Source: Epithemia pelagica | Taxonomy: Eukaryota > Protista > Bacillariophyta | Assembly: GCA_946965045.2 (NCBI GenBank) | Contig: OX337231.1 | Location: 3,286,001-3,350,000 of the forward strand | Length of the DNA: 64,000 nucleotides | Direction: 5' to 3' | Notes under the pieces: generated by a model | What the model saw: the letters and a program-made list of their open reading frames with translations, nothing else | What the model was told of the DNA's origin: nothing | The model's database searches: none | Program-made: the position numbers and the translations under genes | Shown: positions 54,204 through 64,000 of the stretch, piece after piece | How positions within the stretch are numbered: position 1 is the first letter of the stretch | Layout of the letters: each line of letters opens with the position of its first letter

Positions 54204-56243
54204 TTAACTATTTACTTTCTTTCGTCCGAAAAGTCCTCTCGATGGTGTCGAATGCCGTTTCTTACCGGCACTCGCTCTGCCACTGCGACCCGCACTCGAA
54301 CTCGTTGATCGATTGGAAGAAATCCTGGTCGGTGTAGCTTGCTTCGTCTTGAGAGGAGTTGCATTGCGCGATGTGACGGAAGCTTTACCCAACAAGAGAA
54401 GCCGGTCGGCCAAATCTTCCAAGACTTCCTCAGGATCTCTGCCTCGACGGAGTTCGGCCTTGATGTCGCGCCCGACGTCTCCAATCCGTACGAGCGTGCG
54501 TTCCAGCGAAGTCACCTTGTCTTGCAACACTTGAATCTTGCCTTCGGCATCTGAGGTATCGGTCATGAGAACATTTTGATCATGGGATTCTTTGAATTTC
54601 TCCAACACTTTGAGTACGGGTTCCATCTTGGGATTGTTCGCTGCCTTGACTTCGGCAATGGGTGTGTGTCCAAAGCCGTTCTTAGCGTTGATTGACACTG
54701 GGTTGGTCGTCAAAAGAAGGTGAACAATCGCCGGAGAGGCACCGTGTTGACAGGCATAGTGGATCGCCAGCTTGTCTTGATCGTCCTTGATCTGAGCCGC
54801 GCGAGGGTAAACACGCAAAAGCGTCCGAATGACGCGTTCGCTCGTGTTCTTTCGGCAGGCGTGGTGAAGGGGCAAGCGACCCTGGTCATCCTTGGATTGC
54901 GCTCCCTTTGGTGCCGCTTTGAGAAGAGCGTCAATGACAGACTCGGGGGCGCCCTTTCCGCATGCATGGTGGATAGGCTGTCGCCCTTCATCATCTTTCG
55001 CCATGGCAGATTTGGACGACGTGGCCAACAAGACATCGACGACTTCCTGTGAGGCGCCCTTCAGACAGGCATAATGCAACGGAAGGCGACCTTCTTCGTC
55101 CTTTTGGTTGGCACCACGAGAATAGGTTTTCAACAAGTGGTTGACGACATCGGCGTCTGCTCCATAAAAGCATGCGCAATGGATAGGAAGCCATCCATCC
55201 TGGTCTTTGGACTCGGCACCCTCAGGGAAGGCCTCCAACAAAGATTCGACAATCGAAGACGGAGGCTGAAGGACGCAGGCCTTGTGCAAGGGCAAGAATC
55301 GTAGATTTCCATTAAAGCCTTTTGTAACAATCCAAGTTGCAGCTTCAACCGGATACGTCCTGGCGCGGCCAGAGGCTTGCTTCCAATCCTTTTTGAGAAT
55401 CATGCGGAAAAGAACCGTGCGATGTTCGTAGTCGACTTCTTTGGCTGTAACAGAGTGGCTCACATTCAAAATATCCTTGTCTTCCATGTTGGCATGTGCT
55501 CCAGAAACTGCGGCAGCGGCAACTGCAGGGTGCATAAAGGCTTGGGACGTGGAACTGGATTGTGTCGGAATGGCAGGCACTTCTGGTTGCTGATGAGGGA
55601 CAGCATGTTGGTTCATTTTCATCATATCGCGCTGGAACTGTTTGAGAGCCGACAAGACAGTTTCTTTGTTGTGCGAACCACTGGCTTCGACAAGGTCTAC
55701 CGGAAGACGATTTTTGCGATCACGGATATTAATCGAGTCGGGGAAGGCGGACAAGAGAGTCAGGACAACACCCTTGCTGGCACCATTGCGGCATGCCAAG
55801 TGAACTGGAAGCATGCCTTGATCATCTTTCATCTTTGGTCCATCGGCATAGACTTCAATAAGAGCTTCAATCAGCGCCAACGGCGCACGAAAGATGCATA
55901 CCGCGTGAAGCGGGAGCAATCGCCAACGAACTTTTTCCTTTCCGGTTTCACGACGGCTGACCCAGGTTTTGGCTTCAATGGGGGCCAACTCGAGACGCGA
56001 CAAGGCACCATCCCAGTCTTTTCCTTCAATTGCGCGATACAATCCAGTGGCACCATTGTCATAGTCGGCCTCTGGTTCGTCGTGATATTGAGACGAAATC
56101 GGGAAACGGGATGCGCTGTTGTTGTTGAGAGAGTTGCTGTGTGACTCGCCCAAACTGCGGTTCTCACCAAACTCGCTGCGGTCTCGCATCATTGGACGAG
56201 GAGCCTCATCCAATGTAGGTTGCTGCACCGGCCCGCAATTCAT
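54204..56243 (-). CDS. Ankyrin-repeat protein (diatom 'LPLH' type)
   Basis: Repeated 'DxxGxLPxHxAC' units (about 8), followed by a coiled coil and a basic tail. Confidence 0.9.
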   Translation of the reverse strand: MNCGPVQQPTLDEAPRPMMRDRSEFGENRSLGESHSNSLNNNSASRFPISSQYHDEPEADYDNGATGLYRAIEGKDWDGALSRLELAPIEAKTWVSRRETGKEKVRWRLLPLHAVCIFRAPLALIEALIEVYADGPKMKDDQGMLPVHLACRNGASKGVVLTLLSAFPDSINIRDRKNRLPVDLVEASGSHNKETVLSALKQFQRDMMKMNQHAVPHQQPEVPAIPTQSSSTSQAFMHPAVAAAAVSGAHANMEDKDILNVSHSVTAKEVDYEHRTVLFRMILKKDWKQASGRARTYPVEAATWIVTKGFNGNLRFLPLHKACVLQPPSSIVESLLEAFPEGAESKDQDGWLPIHCACFYGADADVVNHLLKTYSRGANQKDEEGRLPLHYACLKGASQEVVDVLLATSSKSAMAKDDEGRQPIHHACGKGAPESVIDALLKAAPKGAQSKDDQGRLPLHHACRKNTSERVIRTLLRVYPRAAQIKDDQDKLAIHYACQHGASPAIVHLLLTTNPVSINAKNGFGHTPIAEVKAANNPKMEPVLKVLEKFKESHDQNVLMTDTSDAEGKIQVLQDKVTSLERTLVRIGDVGRDIKAELRRGRDPEEVLEDLADRLLLLGKASVTSRNATPLKTKQATPTRISSNRSTSSSAGRSGRASAGKKRHSTPSRGLFGRKKVNS

Positions 56244-56705
56244 TTTATAGAATCCTTATTCAATTGATGAATAATGAGGTTGTTACTCAAAGGGATGCAA
56301 TAGATGAGGATGATCCAAGCATCAATGAGTTGTATTCGAGAACGGTCCTCTTATGGTTTTTGTACTTACCAGTTGCATGTTGGCGATCGACGAAAATGTT
56401 GAACACACTCGCCAACAAAGAAATGAGGCTTCGTGCGGGGCTTAATCAAAAATAATCCCTAAGCAGTGAGGAGTGTGTCTAAGTAATCGAAGACTCCATG
56501 CTTCCGGCATAATTCAAACAAGAATGGTGCGCGCTCGACCTGCGCATGAACGACCACATTAATTTCGTCCAATTTTTAAAAGTCTCCCGCTCGTGTTTTC
56601 CCTCATTTTTTGAGTTGAACCAAAAAATGAGTGATTCTGTGGGGTCGTCTACGGAGTCACACCCAAAGCTTCCGATCTGGCTACAGCTACAGCCTGTCTC
56701 ACAGA

Positions 56706-58433
56706 ATGGGAAATTGTCTCTCCAATACTCCCGCTCATCTCATTGAACAAACCGATGGAGATGGACGCGATTTTCAAGATCGATTTGAGGAACAGACTGT
56801 ACTTGGTGAGGGAGAGTTTGGTACCGTGAAATTGGTTCAAGAGGTCCGCAAACAAAATGTCCAATCCACCGTTTCTCCATCGGGATCATCGTACGCTTGT
56901 AAGGTAACGCCCAAAGGTGCAGTTTTCAAACACAATACTCTGTATGCCCCAATCAAACCGGATCAACTAAGAGACGAGATTCTGATCCTACGAAAATTGG
57001 GAGGCAAACACTTTTGTCTCCGTCTCGAGGCAATTTATGAAACACAACAAAATTTGCTCATGGTCACGGAGTATTGCAAACGAGGTGAAATGTTCAAGTA
57101 TGTTTCCAATCGGAAAGAAGATCTCCAAACCGAAGATGTTTCACGCATTGCCTACCAGCTGCTTGATGCGGTGAATCATTGTGCGGTGAACGGTGTTGTA
57201 AGTGAGGATGACAAGGCTTTGATTGCAACGTCGTTTCCTCTCACCAAAATCGTGTGTGCATGAAGATCCACCGAGACATTAAACCAGAGAATTGGTACGT
57301 TTTATCTTACGTTTGATTTGCTCCATCTACAACACTCTTGTTGTTCACGTCATTCGCTTTGCTTTCTGTCCAGCATGTTCTTGGATTCTACACCGACCGC
57401 AGAGCTCCGTCTGATTGACTTTGGAAGTGGATTTCTGGGCGACCCCATGGACTCACAGCTTCACACCACATTTGCGGGATCGGCCTTTTACATTTCACCA
57501 AAAATGTTTCAACATACTTACACCTACAAGACGGATGTGTGGTCGGTTGGAGTAACTCTCTATGTTCTAGTGGCTGGCCATCCGAGAGACAGACTGCAGG
57601 AAGCCTTTGATACAATGCAAACACATCAAAACAGGGACTTGAGAAGCTTGCCCAATCTACCACAGGAAATGCCAGGTGACTTTTTTGACATGCTGGAGCA
57701 AGCGCTAACGTTCCGACACAACAGTCGACCTAGTGCGGGGGATCTTCTCAAGTCAGAGTTTGCACAGTTTCATCTAGGCAACAAGGATTCTGATACAGGC
57801 ACATCTGGCCAAGCTGGCACACTTGCCTCTCATTCTGTGTCAGCGCGAAGGTCACCTTCGATTTCTCTCAAAGGCAGTATCCGCCGACACAGTATAGCAC
57901 TTGGATGGAAAGAATACGAACGTTCCTTAACGACACTGTTGTCTCAAAAGTTGAGCAGACCAGAGATGGATAAACTCGTTGAGATTTTAAAGGATCGTGT
58001 GGAAAGCAAAAGAAAAACTGAAATTGAAGAAAGCCTTCTACTCGAAGATGCTTCCCAGTTGACGGAAGATATGGACGCTCACGTCCAACCGAGCAGAGCA
58101 CGCCAGCTATACGTCATTCAGGTCCAAGATCTTAAATCGGTAATTACCAACGACCTGATGAATCAACAAGTGTACGCTTTACTACGATCCATCTTGTTCT
58201 GCTTCTTGTTTGTGTTGCATTCTTGCATCTAACCAGTCTCATTGTGCTCCGAGTTCAGCGCTGCCGCGATTGAGGAGCTCCCAGGTGGAGATTCGTACGA
58301 TAGATGTGCTTACCGCATTAAACTACTGGAGAAACTGCGCTCCGATATTTCACAGACATCGGCGAAAATGCGACCTTCCCTGTCACGGTCCCTATCGAGA
58401 TCCATACGACAGAGGGAGAGTAGTATCAGATAG
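56706..58433 (+). CDS. Ser/Thr protein kinase, CAMK/CDPK-like, N-myristoylation-type start; exons 56706-57197, 57266-57294, 57374-58171, 58259-58433
   Basis: MGNCLS start, 'LGEGEFGTV', 'ACK', 'IHRDIKPEN', 'LIDFGSG' and 'DVWSVGV'. Three GT-AG introns restore the frame; the last acceptor is less certain. The APE motif reads SPK. Confidence 0.85.
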
Positions 58434-58501
58434 TCCGCAACTTTGTAGCACCAATCAACGCTGATACCACGTTAAGCTCCCTCTACGACGTATACAGACC
58501 C

Positions 58502-59227
58502 TTAAGCAGTATCACTACTAAGCAGTACCTCTATTCTATCGGCATCCAAAAAGTCGACTTTGCTGCCCCCTGGAACCGTCTCACCAAGTTTTTCGAGCGT
58601 TGGCTTCTCGATCATATCAAGATACAACGCTAGCAGACATTCAGCCCGTGAAAGGGTGAACAATGGGTCAGAGAGAATTCGATCATTCAAGGACTTTTCG
58701 TCTTCCTCCTCATCCGGCAAGAGACCAAAGGTCGCCCATTCGTTGTATTTGGCAATCCATGAAACGGAGTTACTCTTCTCATTCAGTTTGCTTTCAAGCT
58801 CATTTAGTCGCATCACAACTCCAACTACTCGTCCAGCAATTGTCTGCTCCTCGTCCTTTTCGAGTTTCATTCCATCTTCATTGCTTGCTTCTTGCCTTTT
58901 ATGGATTGCTTCACTGGCAATCCGACCAGCCGACAAAGCCACCTGGAGCGGCTCAATTCCTTCGGAGATTCTGAGAGGCATATCATCCACATTTTTTGCG
59001 CGTGTCTTGAGTGCTTCTGTAAGTGCGTTGATTGTAACGGGATGAAGTGACGGTCGTATGCCTGATGCCTCTCGAACTGGGTCGGCTTTTGCTTTCGCCG
59101 GCGGAATTGTCAATCGTTTAACATTCCACACCGATCGATCCGGTAACCAACAGAGGGCATACGGGACCAGGAGAAAAAAGATGACAGTACGTCTTGGACG
59201 GAGATGAAGTCCCATCATCACCACCAT
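58502..59227 (-). CDS. Conserved-looking hypothetical protein with N-terminal signal peptide
   Basis: Intronless ORF with hydrophobic N-terminus and globular composition ('SGIRPSLHPVTINAL', 'DPLFTLSRAECLLALY'). Family not recognised; start is one of several ATGs. Confidence 0.65.
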   Translation of the reverse strand: MVVMMGLHLRPRRTVIFFLLVPYALCWLPDRSVWNVKRLTIPPAKAKADPVREASGIRPSLHPVTINALTEALKTRAKNVDDMPLRISEGIEPLQVALSAGRIASEAIHKRQEASNEDGMKLEKDEEQTIAGRVVGVVMRLNELESKLNEKSNSVSWIAKYNEWATFGLLPDEEEDEKSLNDRILSDPLFTLSRAECLLALYLDMIEKPTLEKLGETVPGGSKVDFLDADRIEVLLSSDTA

Positions 59228-59349
59228 TGGCCTCAAACGAAAAAATGAGGTGGGTGTCAAGAAATCTTTTTTGTAGGGGAGACGGTCTGTCCGCTTTCCA
59301 ACTAGGTATTCATCTTACATTAACCTTAGACAAACAGCGCAGAATATCA

Positions 59350-60110
59350 TCACTCACCATGCGCATCGACCCCTTGTTGGTTGAAACCTTCCTTGGTAGA
59401 CTTGGCGCAGGGAATTTACGGCACAAGACCTGGTAGCCATGGAACAGGACATTTTGCATACCGTACTATGGGTAAGGTCCATCCTCCCTTGGTCCAAGAT
59501 TTTGTCCAATACTTGATGTCCAATTGCCATAGCCACACCAACGAATGGCGGTGATTCAACAAGCCTGGTATTGGTTTGAATTGGCCATGTACGATTACGA
59601 TTTGATTCTCCATGATCGTTCCATTCTCGCCTTGTGGCCGCCATTTGCAATGCCTTGGAAACAAGCGTCCTGTCGTCGTCGTCCTCCTCCTCCAATTCGA
59701 CTTCCACCACCATCAATCACCACCACCACAACAACACAAACAAATTGCCTCCATGGAACTCTGGCTCTTGTCTGTCGTTCATTCCCTATCATCGTCATCA
59801 CGACAACAACACTCCTCCTCCTCTCCGGCCGTCGGTCCTCCTCCTTCTCCTTCTCCTGCTTCTTCTTGGAGAACAGCGAAGGTCCATCATCCCTGGGCCA
59901 GGTGTCCTCGGCGAGTCGTGCAACCACTACCACCACCACTCCATCACCACATGAGAAACAGAAGCACACCACGGTTCCATCCGTGTCGTCATCCTTGTCG
60001 TTGCCATTGTCCTGTTGTCCTCGCTATCATCGATTGGCCCGATTGGTCCAACGCACACAACGGGTCGATTGTGGTACTTGTATTCCTGTTCGGCACAATA
60101 CCAACTCGAA
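59350..60110 (+). pseudogene. Frameshifted, 5'-truncated cyclin (diatom-specific cyclin-like) fragment
   Basis: Switching frames gives LVDLAQG/EFTAQDLVAMEQDILHTVLW/KVHPPLVQDFVQYL...QQAWYWFELAMYDYDL...RSIL/VAAICNALE...RLWYLYSCSAQY. These are cyclin-N helix 5 and cyclin-C motifs, with at least 4 indels. A low-complexity tail may run to ~60770. Confidence 0.65.
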
Positions 60111-61050
60111 CAACAACAGCAGCAACAACTCGAGCAACAATAACTCCAACAACAAGTGTTCTCCAGGATGGGTGGTGGTGCGGGTACTGCTGCCGTTGTG
60201 TGGGGATCATCCTGTCACAGGTTCCATCCGGCGGCTGGTACAAAAACAGGTCCCCAGAAACCAGCAGCACCAGCAGCCCACCATTCACGACTATAAGAAC
60301 CACATCTCACAACAATAACGAGCCAAACAACATACGACTAGGCAACTCCTACTTCCCAGTCCCACCACGGTATTCCTCGAAGCATCGTCGTCGTTGTCGT
60401 CCACCACCACCATCACGTTGGATACATCCCCAAAAGACAACAACAAAACAACAACGAGGACAACTGGCACAATGACACGACCGACTCCTCGTGCTGCTGC
60501 TACTACTGCTGCTGCCGACCCGCAAGTCATTGAAGTGTACATGTCATCATACGACCCTAGTAGGAATAGTGGTATTCGTAACAGCAGCAGCAGCAGCAGC
60601 AGGAGGAGGATACCCGACACCACCACCACCACAACACGCTGGGATTCCTCCGGTTGCTTTGTCATCGTCTTCTTCTTCTCGTTTGCCAACAGGTGGTCCA
60701 GCAGGAGGACGACCATGGAGTCGTCGTTGTCTTCGTCGCGTGCCGTCGAGGTGTGCTGGACGACCTAGGTAGTGTATCCATACAATCGCTACGATGAATC
60801 CGGTACTCCTAGTAGAGAGAGCAGACAAGAGGAAAAGACATGTGTGTATGTGTGTGTATGTTGAGTGATCTAGACTTTGTATATGGAGAGATATGACATC
60901 ACCATCTATTAGTACGAGTAGAGAGAGGATGGTTGCATCGACAAAGATGGCCTGTATCAAATGTATCATGCAGACTGATGCTGTCCCATTCCCCTTACAC
61001 TCGTTGTTCTCGACAAGAATTTCTTCCAAGCCGATGGAATTGACTCGCAT

Positions 61051-62187
61051 CTAAGATTGGGGATACATCTTTTGAAGCTTTTGAACGATCATGCCCCGAC
61101 AAGGCTCGTCGAGGGGACCAACTCGTTTTTCTTTGAGCCCACGAATCACCGCGTCAACTGCATTCTCAAACGTCACAAAACTAACTTCGCCCGAAGTTTC
61201 TGCGAAAAAACTAATTTTTTGTTTGACATCTCGCTTGGTAGCTGAGAATGTTCGTTCAGCGGTAGACTCTCCTGTACTGTCTCTGTTCGACTTTGTCGGT
61301 GTTTCATAGAGCGCCTTCAAGAACCGTCCATTGTGAACAACAACATTGCGAGCACTTGGCATCATGTTCATGAGGGTTTCATGCTCTGTCTTACTGATGT
61401 AGAGCACGGTGGCCTGGAGTCCAACGAGGACCAATGGACGGATTGTTTTGGCCGGAAAAATTTGCGACGTTTCATTTTTTAAGGCGTGGCTACGGCTAGG
61501 CCCCTGCCACTTAAACGCATTCTCAATGTTGTCACGGGGATGTTGTTTGATCAAAGTAAGAAAGTCTAGTATGTCGGAGCAAATTCGGGTCGTGGCATAC
61601 TGAATACTCTGAAGGGATGGCTTCTTTTCTAGAAACGGGTCGGTTCTTGGATTGGAGTTATTCTCAAGATATGCCCGAACCGCCTCGTAGATGGCGGTCT
61701 CAAAGAGAGAGTATTCCTTTACGGGCTCGAAGGCGTTGGATATGTAGTTGAGGCGTCCTTCTAGCATCTCGATTCGTTTCGTGTTGTCTTCGACTTCAGA
61801 TTTTAGGTCTTCGTTTTGTTTCTTGTTGTCTTCGACTTCAGATTTTAGGTCTTCGACTTCAGATCTGAGGTTTTTGAGGTAGCCAACAATTTCCGCAGGC
61901 AAGCCATGGCTACTTGCTAACCGATCTTCCGCACTCCTTTCCATTGTCTCGCTTTGCCCCATTGGTTCGGATGCCAACATTTTCGACTGTTTTCGTCCAG
62001 TGGAGTTTGGAAGTGTTTTATCCTTCTGGGAGGTTTCCAATTGAATGTTGTCAACAGAATCATTTGTCTGAGCGTTATCTATTGAATCTGTTTCGATCTT
62101 CTTTGACGTTTTACAAATGATGCGGTCACTACATGCACTCGTTTGAGCGTGCTCGAAAGGTCTTTTCTTGCTGCTGTTGCGGTCCAT
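61051..62187 (-). CDS. Hypothetical protein with a short coiled coil built from a 42-bp tandem repeat
   Basis: Intronless ORF from ATG 62187 (MDRNSSKKRPF, NLS-like). 'EVEDLKSEVEDNKKQNEDLKSEVEDN' is repeated at 61784-61864. Confidence 0.6.
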   Translation of the reverse strand: MDRNSSKKRPFEHAQTSACSDRIICKTSKKIETDSIDNAQTNDSVDNIQLETSQKDKTLPNSTGRKQSKMLASEPMGQSETMERSAEDRLASSHGLPAEIVGYLKNLRSEVEDLKSEVEDNKKQNEDLKSEVEDNTKRIEMLEGRLNYISNAFEPVKEYSLFETAIYEAVRAYLENNSNPRTDPFLEKKPSLQSIQYATTRICSDILDFLTLIKQHPRDNIENAFKWQGPSRSHALKNETSQIFPAKTIRPLVLVGLQATVLYISKTEHETLMNMMPSARNVVVHNGRFLKALYETPTKSNRDSTGESTAERTFSATKRDVKQKISFFAETSGEVSFVTFENAVDAVIRGLKEKRVGPLDEPCRGMIVQKLQKMYPQS

Positions 62188-62661
62188 CGTCACGATTCCT
62201 TTTGCGTTGAAATATAAGTGCAATGGGGGAAAGAAGAAAAAGAGTGAAACGGCGGGTAAGCATGAGAGATGAGAGATTCCGTGCACGTTTGATTATTTCA
62301 AATTTCAAAAAGCGAATGGATTTGAAAAGGAGACGGTCTGTCCGCTTTCCGACTAGGTATTCACCGAGTAGCCAATATAGAGGACTCTATCGACTCCTCT
62401 CTAGCTGGAGAGTACTACTACACGTAAAGCACAACAACACGATGACTTCACTAAAAACACAAGGAATAGAAGACTTTTCTTATCATATTGGCGTAGAAAA
62501 GAAAAAAAAACAGCCCCGATATTGCTCCGTTCCAATGATACAAATGCGAACGAAGTGAAGATAGAAGTACATCCTTATATGGAGCAAATCTTTGATGCTT
62601 CAACCACGACCTATTCATCCTTGAGATAGCTCGTGGTACACAGAAGCGTCTCTCCGGTGAT

Positions 62662-64000
62662 TTAGTGCTCCGAAGGTTGATCATGGTCAAATCCCTCGGA
62701 CACGCTTAGCTTGTTCCTGTTTTTCCGGGGAGAAAGGGATTCGTCGTGCTCCGAATCGTCACCATGATGATGTGATTTGGACTTGTGCTTCTTTTTCTTT
62801 TTCTTCTTCTTTTTCTTCTTGAGGGATTCACTGGCGCCACTATGGGCTGAATCATCTCGAAGACTTCTTGATGATCCCGTTTTGTTGAATGACTTTTGAA
62901 ACGGAGTTGAAGGGTCTTCAAAATCATCCCCAATGCTACGACTAGATTCATCACGCTCTTCACTCTTTCCTACGGCTTGCATCTCCAAATCCCTGATTTT
63001 GCTCCGGGGAGAAAGGGATTCGTCGTGCTCCGAATCGTCACCATGATGATGTGATTTGGACTTGTGCTTCTTTTTCTTTTTCTTCTTCTTTGTCTTCTTG
63101 AGGGATTCACTGGCGCCACTATGGGCTGAATCATCTCGAAGACTTCTTGATGATCCCGTTTTATTGAATGACTTTTGAAACGGAGTTGAAGGGTCTTCAA
63201 AATCATCCCCATTGCTACGACTAGATTCATCACGCTCTTCACTCTTTCCTACGGCTTGCATCTCCAAATCCCTGATTTTGTTAAGCGCGCGTTGGGACGC
63301 ATGAGATTCAGGCTCCGAAGAGGGCGCCATGTTGGAATGGGCATAGAGACTGCGTCTTGAATGCCTTGACCCTTTATCCAATCCAGCTCGGCTGCTCCGA
63401 CGCCTCTGCATCTTGCCCTGGTTATCGACACTTTGACGACGGGGAGGTCTCCGGGCGTCTTCCGCTTGATTTTCCTGGCCATCGGTTCCATCGTAGCTGC
63501 GTTCATTTCCGGAAATTGGGTCGAATCCCATTTTACTCGGCCCAGTTGATGCTTGATCTGCTTCTTTTCCAGAGAAGGGGTCAAAGTTTGATGGGGCGGT
63601 CTCCGGTGCGGCGTCATCCTCTCCGAAACCACCAATATCAAAGCCTCCGCTTCGGTGGCTTCCGTGACGCTTCAACAACTCTGGTCCGAAAAGATCAGAT
63701 GACTTATCGCCACGGGCCTTGCTCGAAGGAAGGAGACTTGATTCATTATATCCCTCGCTCGATGTGGTCGAAGCCTCGTCCACAAATCGATCGGAATTTG
63801 TCGTAAAGCTCTCGCCGCGGCTCAAGAATCCCTTCCTCGAAGATTTTTTCTTCTTCATCTTTTTGTCGTTATTCTCTTCTTCCGCATCTCCTTGTCCAAT
63901 GGTTATCTGTTTGGGAGGCTCGGAAGGCTGTTCACCACGCAAAATTGCTTTCATTCGGGCACGTTCTTCACGGCGTTCTCGTTTCTCCGCTTCCTTCTTT
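62662..64000 (-). CDS. 3' part of a low-complexity K/S/E/D/H-rich protein with an internal 93-aa tandem duplication; 5' end beyond the window
   Basis: The frame stays open to the window edge. A 279-bp unit is repeated at 62722-63000 and 63001-63279, including poly-K and 'SHHHGDD'. Confidence 0.7.
   Translation of the reverse strand, partial: KKEAEKRERREERARMKAILRGEQPSEPPKQITIGQGDAEEENNDKKMKKKKSSRKGFLSRGESFTTNSDRFVDEASTTSSEGYNESSLLPSSKARGDKSSDLFGPELLKRHGSHRSGGFDIGGFGEDDAAPETAPSNFDPFSGKEADQASTGPSKMGFDPISGNERSYDGTDGQENQAEDARRPPRRQSVDNQGKMQRRRSSRAGLDKGSRHSRRSLYAHSNMAPSSEPESHASQRALNKIRDLEMQAVGKSEERDESSRSNGDDFEDPSTPFQKSFNKTGSSRSLRDDSAHSGASESLKKTKKKKKKKKHKSKSHHHGDDSEHDESLSPRSKIRDLEMQAVGKSEERDESSRSIGDDFEDPSTPFQKSFNKTGSSRSLRDDSAHSGASESLKKKKKKKKKKKHKSKSHHHGDDSEHDESLSPRKNRNKLSVSEGFDHDQPSEH

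Larger units (their letters stand above)
59278..62363 (+). repeat. 35-bp direct repeat pair (59278-59312 and 62329-62363)
   Basis: GGAGACGGTCTGTCCGCTTTCC[A/G]ACTAGGTATTCA occurs twice with one mismatch. Confidence 0.85.

Noticed and set aside
59286-59330. 'SAFQL' as the cyclin-box FQL motif
   Set aside because: It is encoded by the 35-bp repeat that also occurs at 62329, so the match is probably coincidental.
1-64000. Prokaryotic or viral insert (HGT island, giant-virus or Polinton genes, defence system)
   Set aside because: No operon structure, capsid, integrase, polymerase or Cas motifs were seen. Recognised genes are eukaryotic, and many have spliceosomal introns or diatom targeting peptides.

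Overview
Gene-dense eukaryotic nuclear DNA, almost certainly from a diatom and probably a pennate one. The evidence is short GT-AG introns, bipartite signal+'AF' plastid-targeting peptides, diatom-type ankyrin and cyclin-like sequences, and a silaffin/cingulin-like protein. The window holds about 27 coding loci. Housekeeping genes include UTP13, NBP35, TRAPPC9, IRE1, a MIS12-like gene, a GCIP-domain gene, a SpoU methyltransferase, a GT64 and a Ca/CaM-type kinase. Plastid-targeted genes include EngB, an EF-hand/Tic20 fusion, a 3xRRM protein, a thermonuclease and a small TAT-lumen protein. A GroES-like protein has a signal peptide but an uncertain destination. There are two convergent paralogue pairs (HIR/SPFH and ankyrin) and one tRNA-Pro(AGG). 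Five MITEs from four families have readable TIRs and target-site duplications. The most interesting items are: (1) a secreted multi-module Tyr/Gly/Lys- and Lys/Ser/Asp-repeat protein that is a candidate biosilica protein; (2) a Crinkler/RHS-type NTPase-nuclease cassette between direct repeats; (3) an IRE1 with a C-terminal CCCH zinc finger; (4) a ~180-bp-arm foldback hairpin bracketed by ~219-bp direct repeats in a CpG-depleted block; (5) a MITE family whose two copies keep splice signals around a diverged intron and bracket the HIR pair; (6) a frameshift-riddled, 5'-truncated cyclin fragment between 35-bp direct repeats. All assignments come from motif recognition by eye; no database searches were run.
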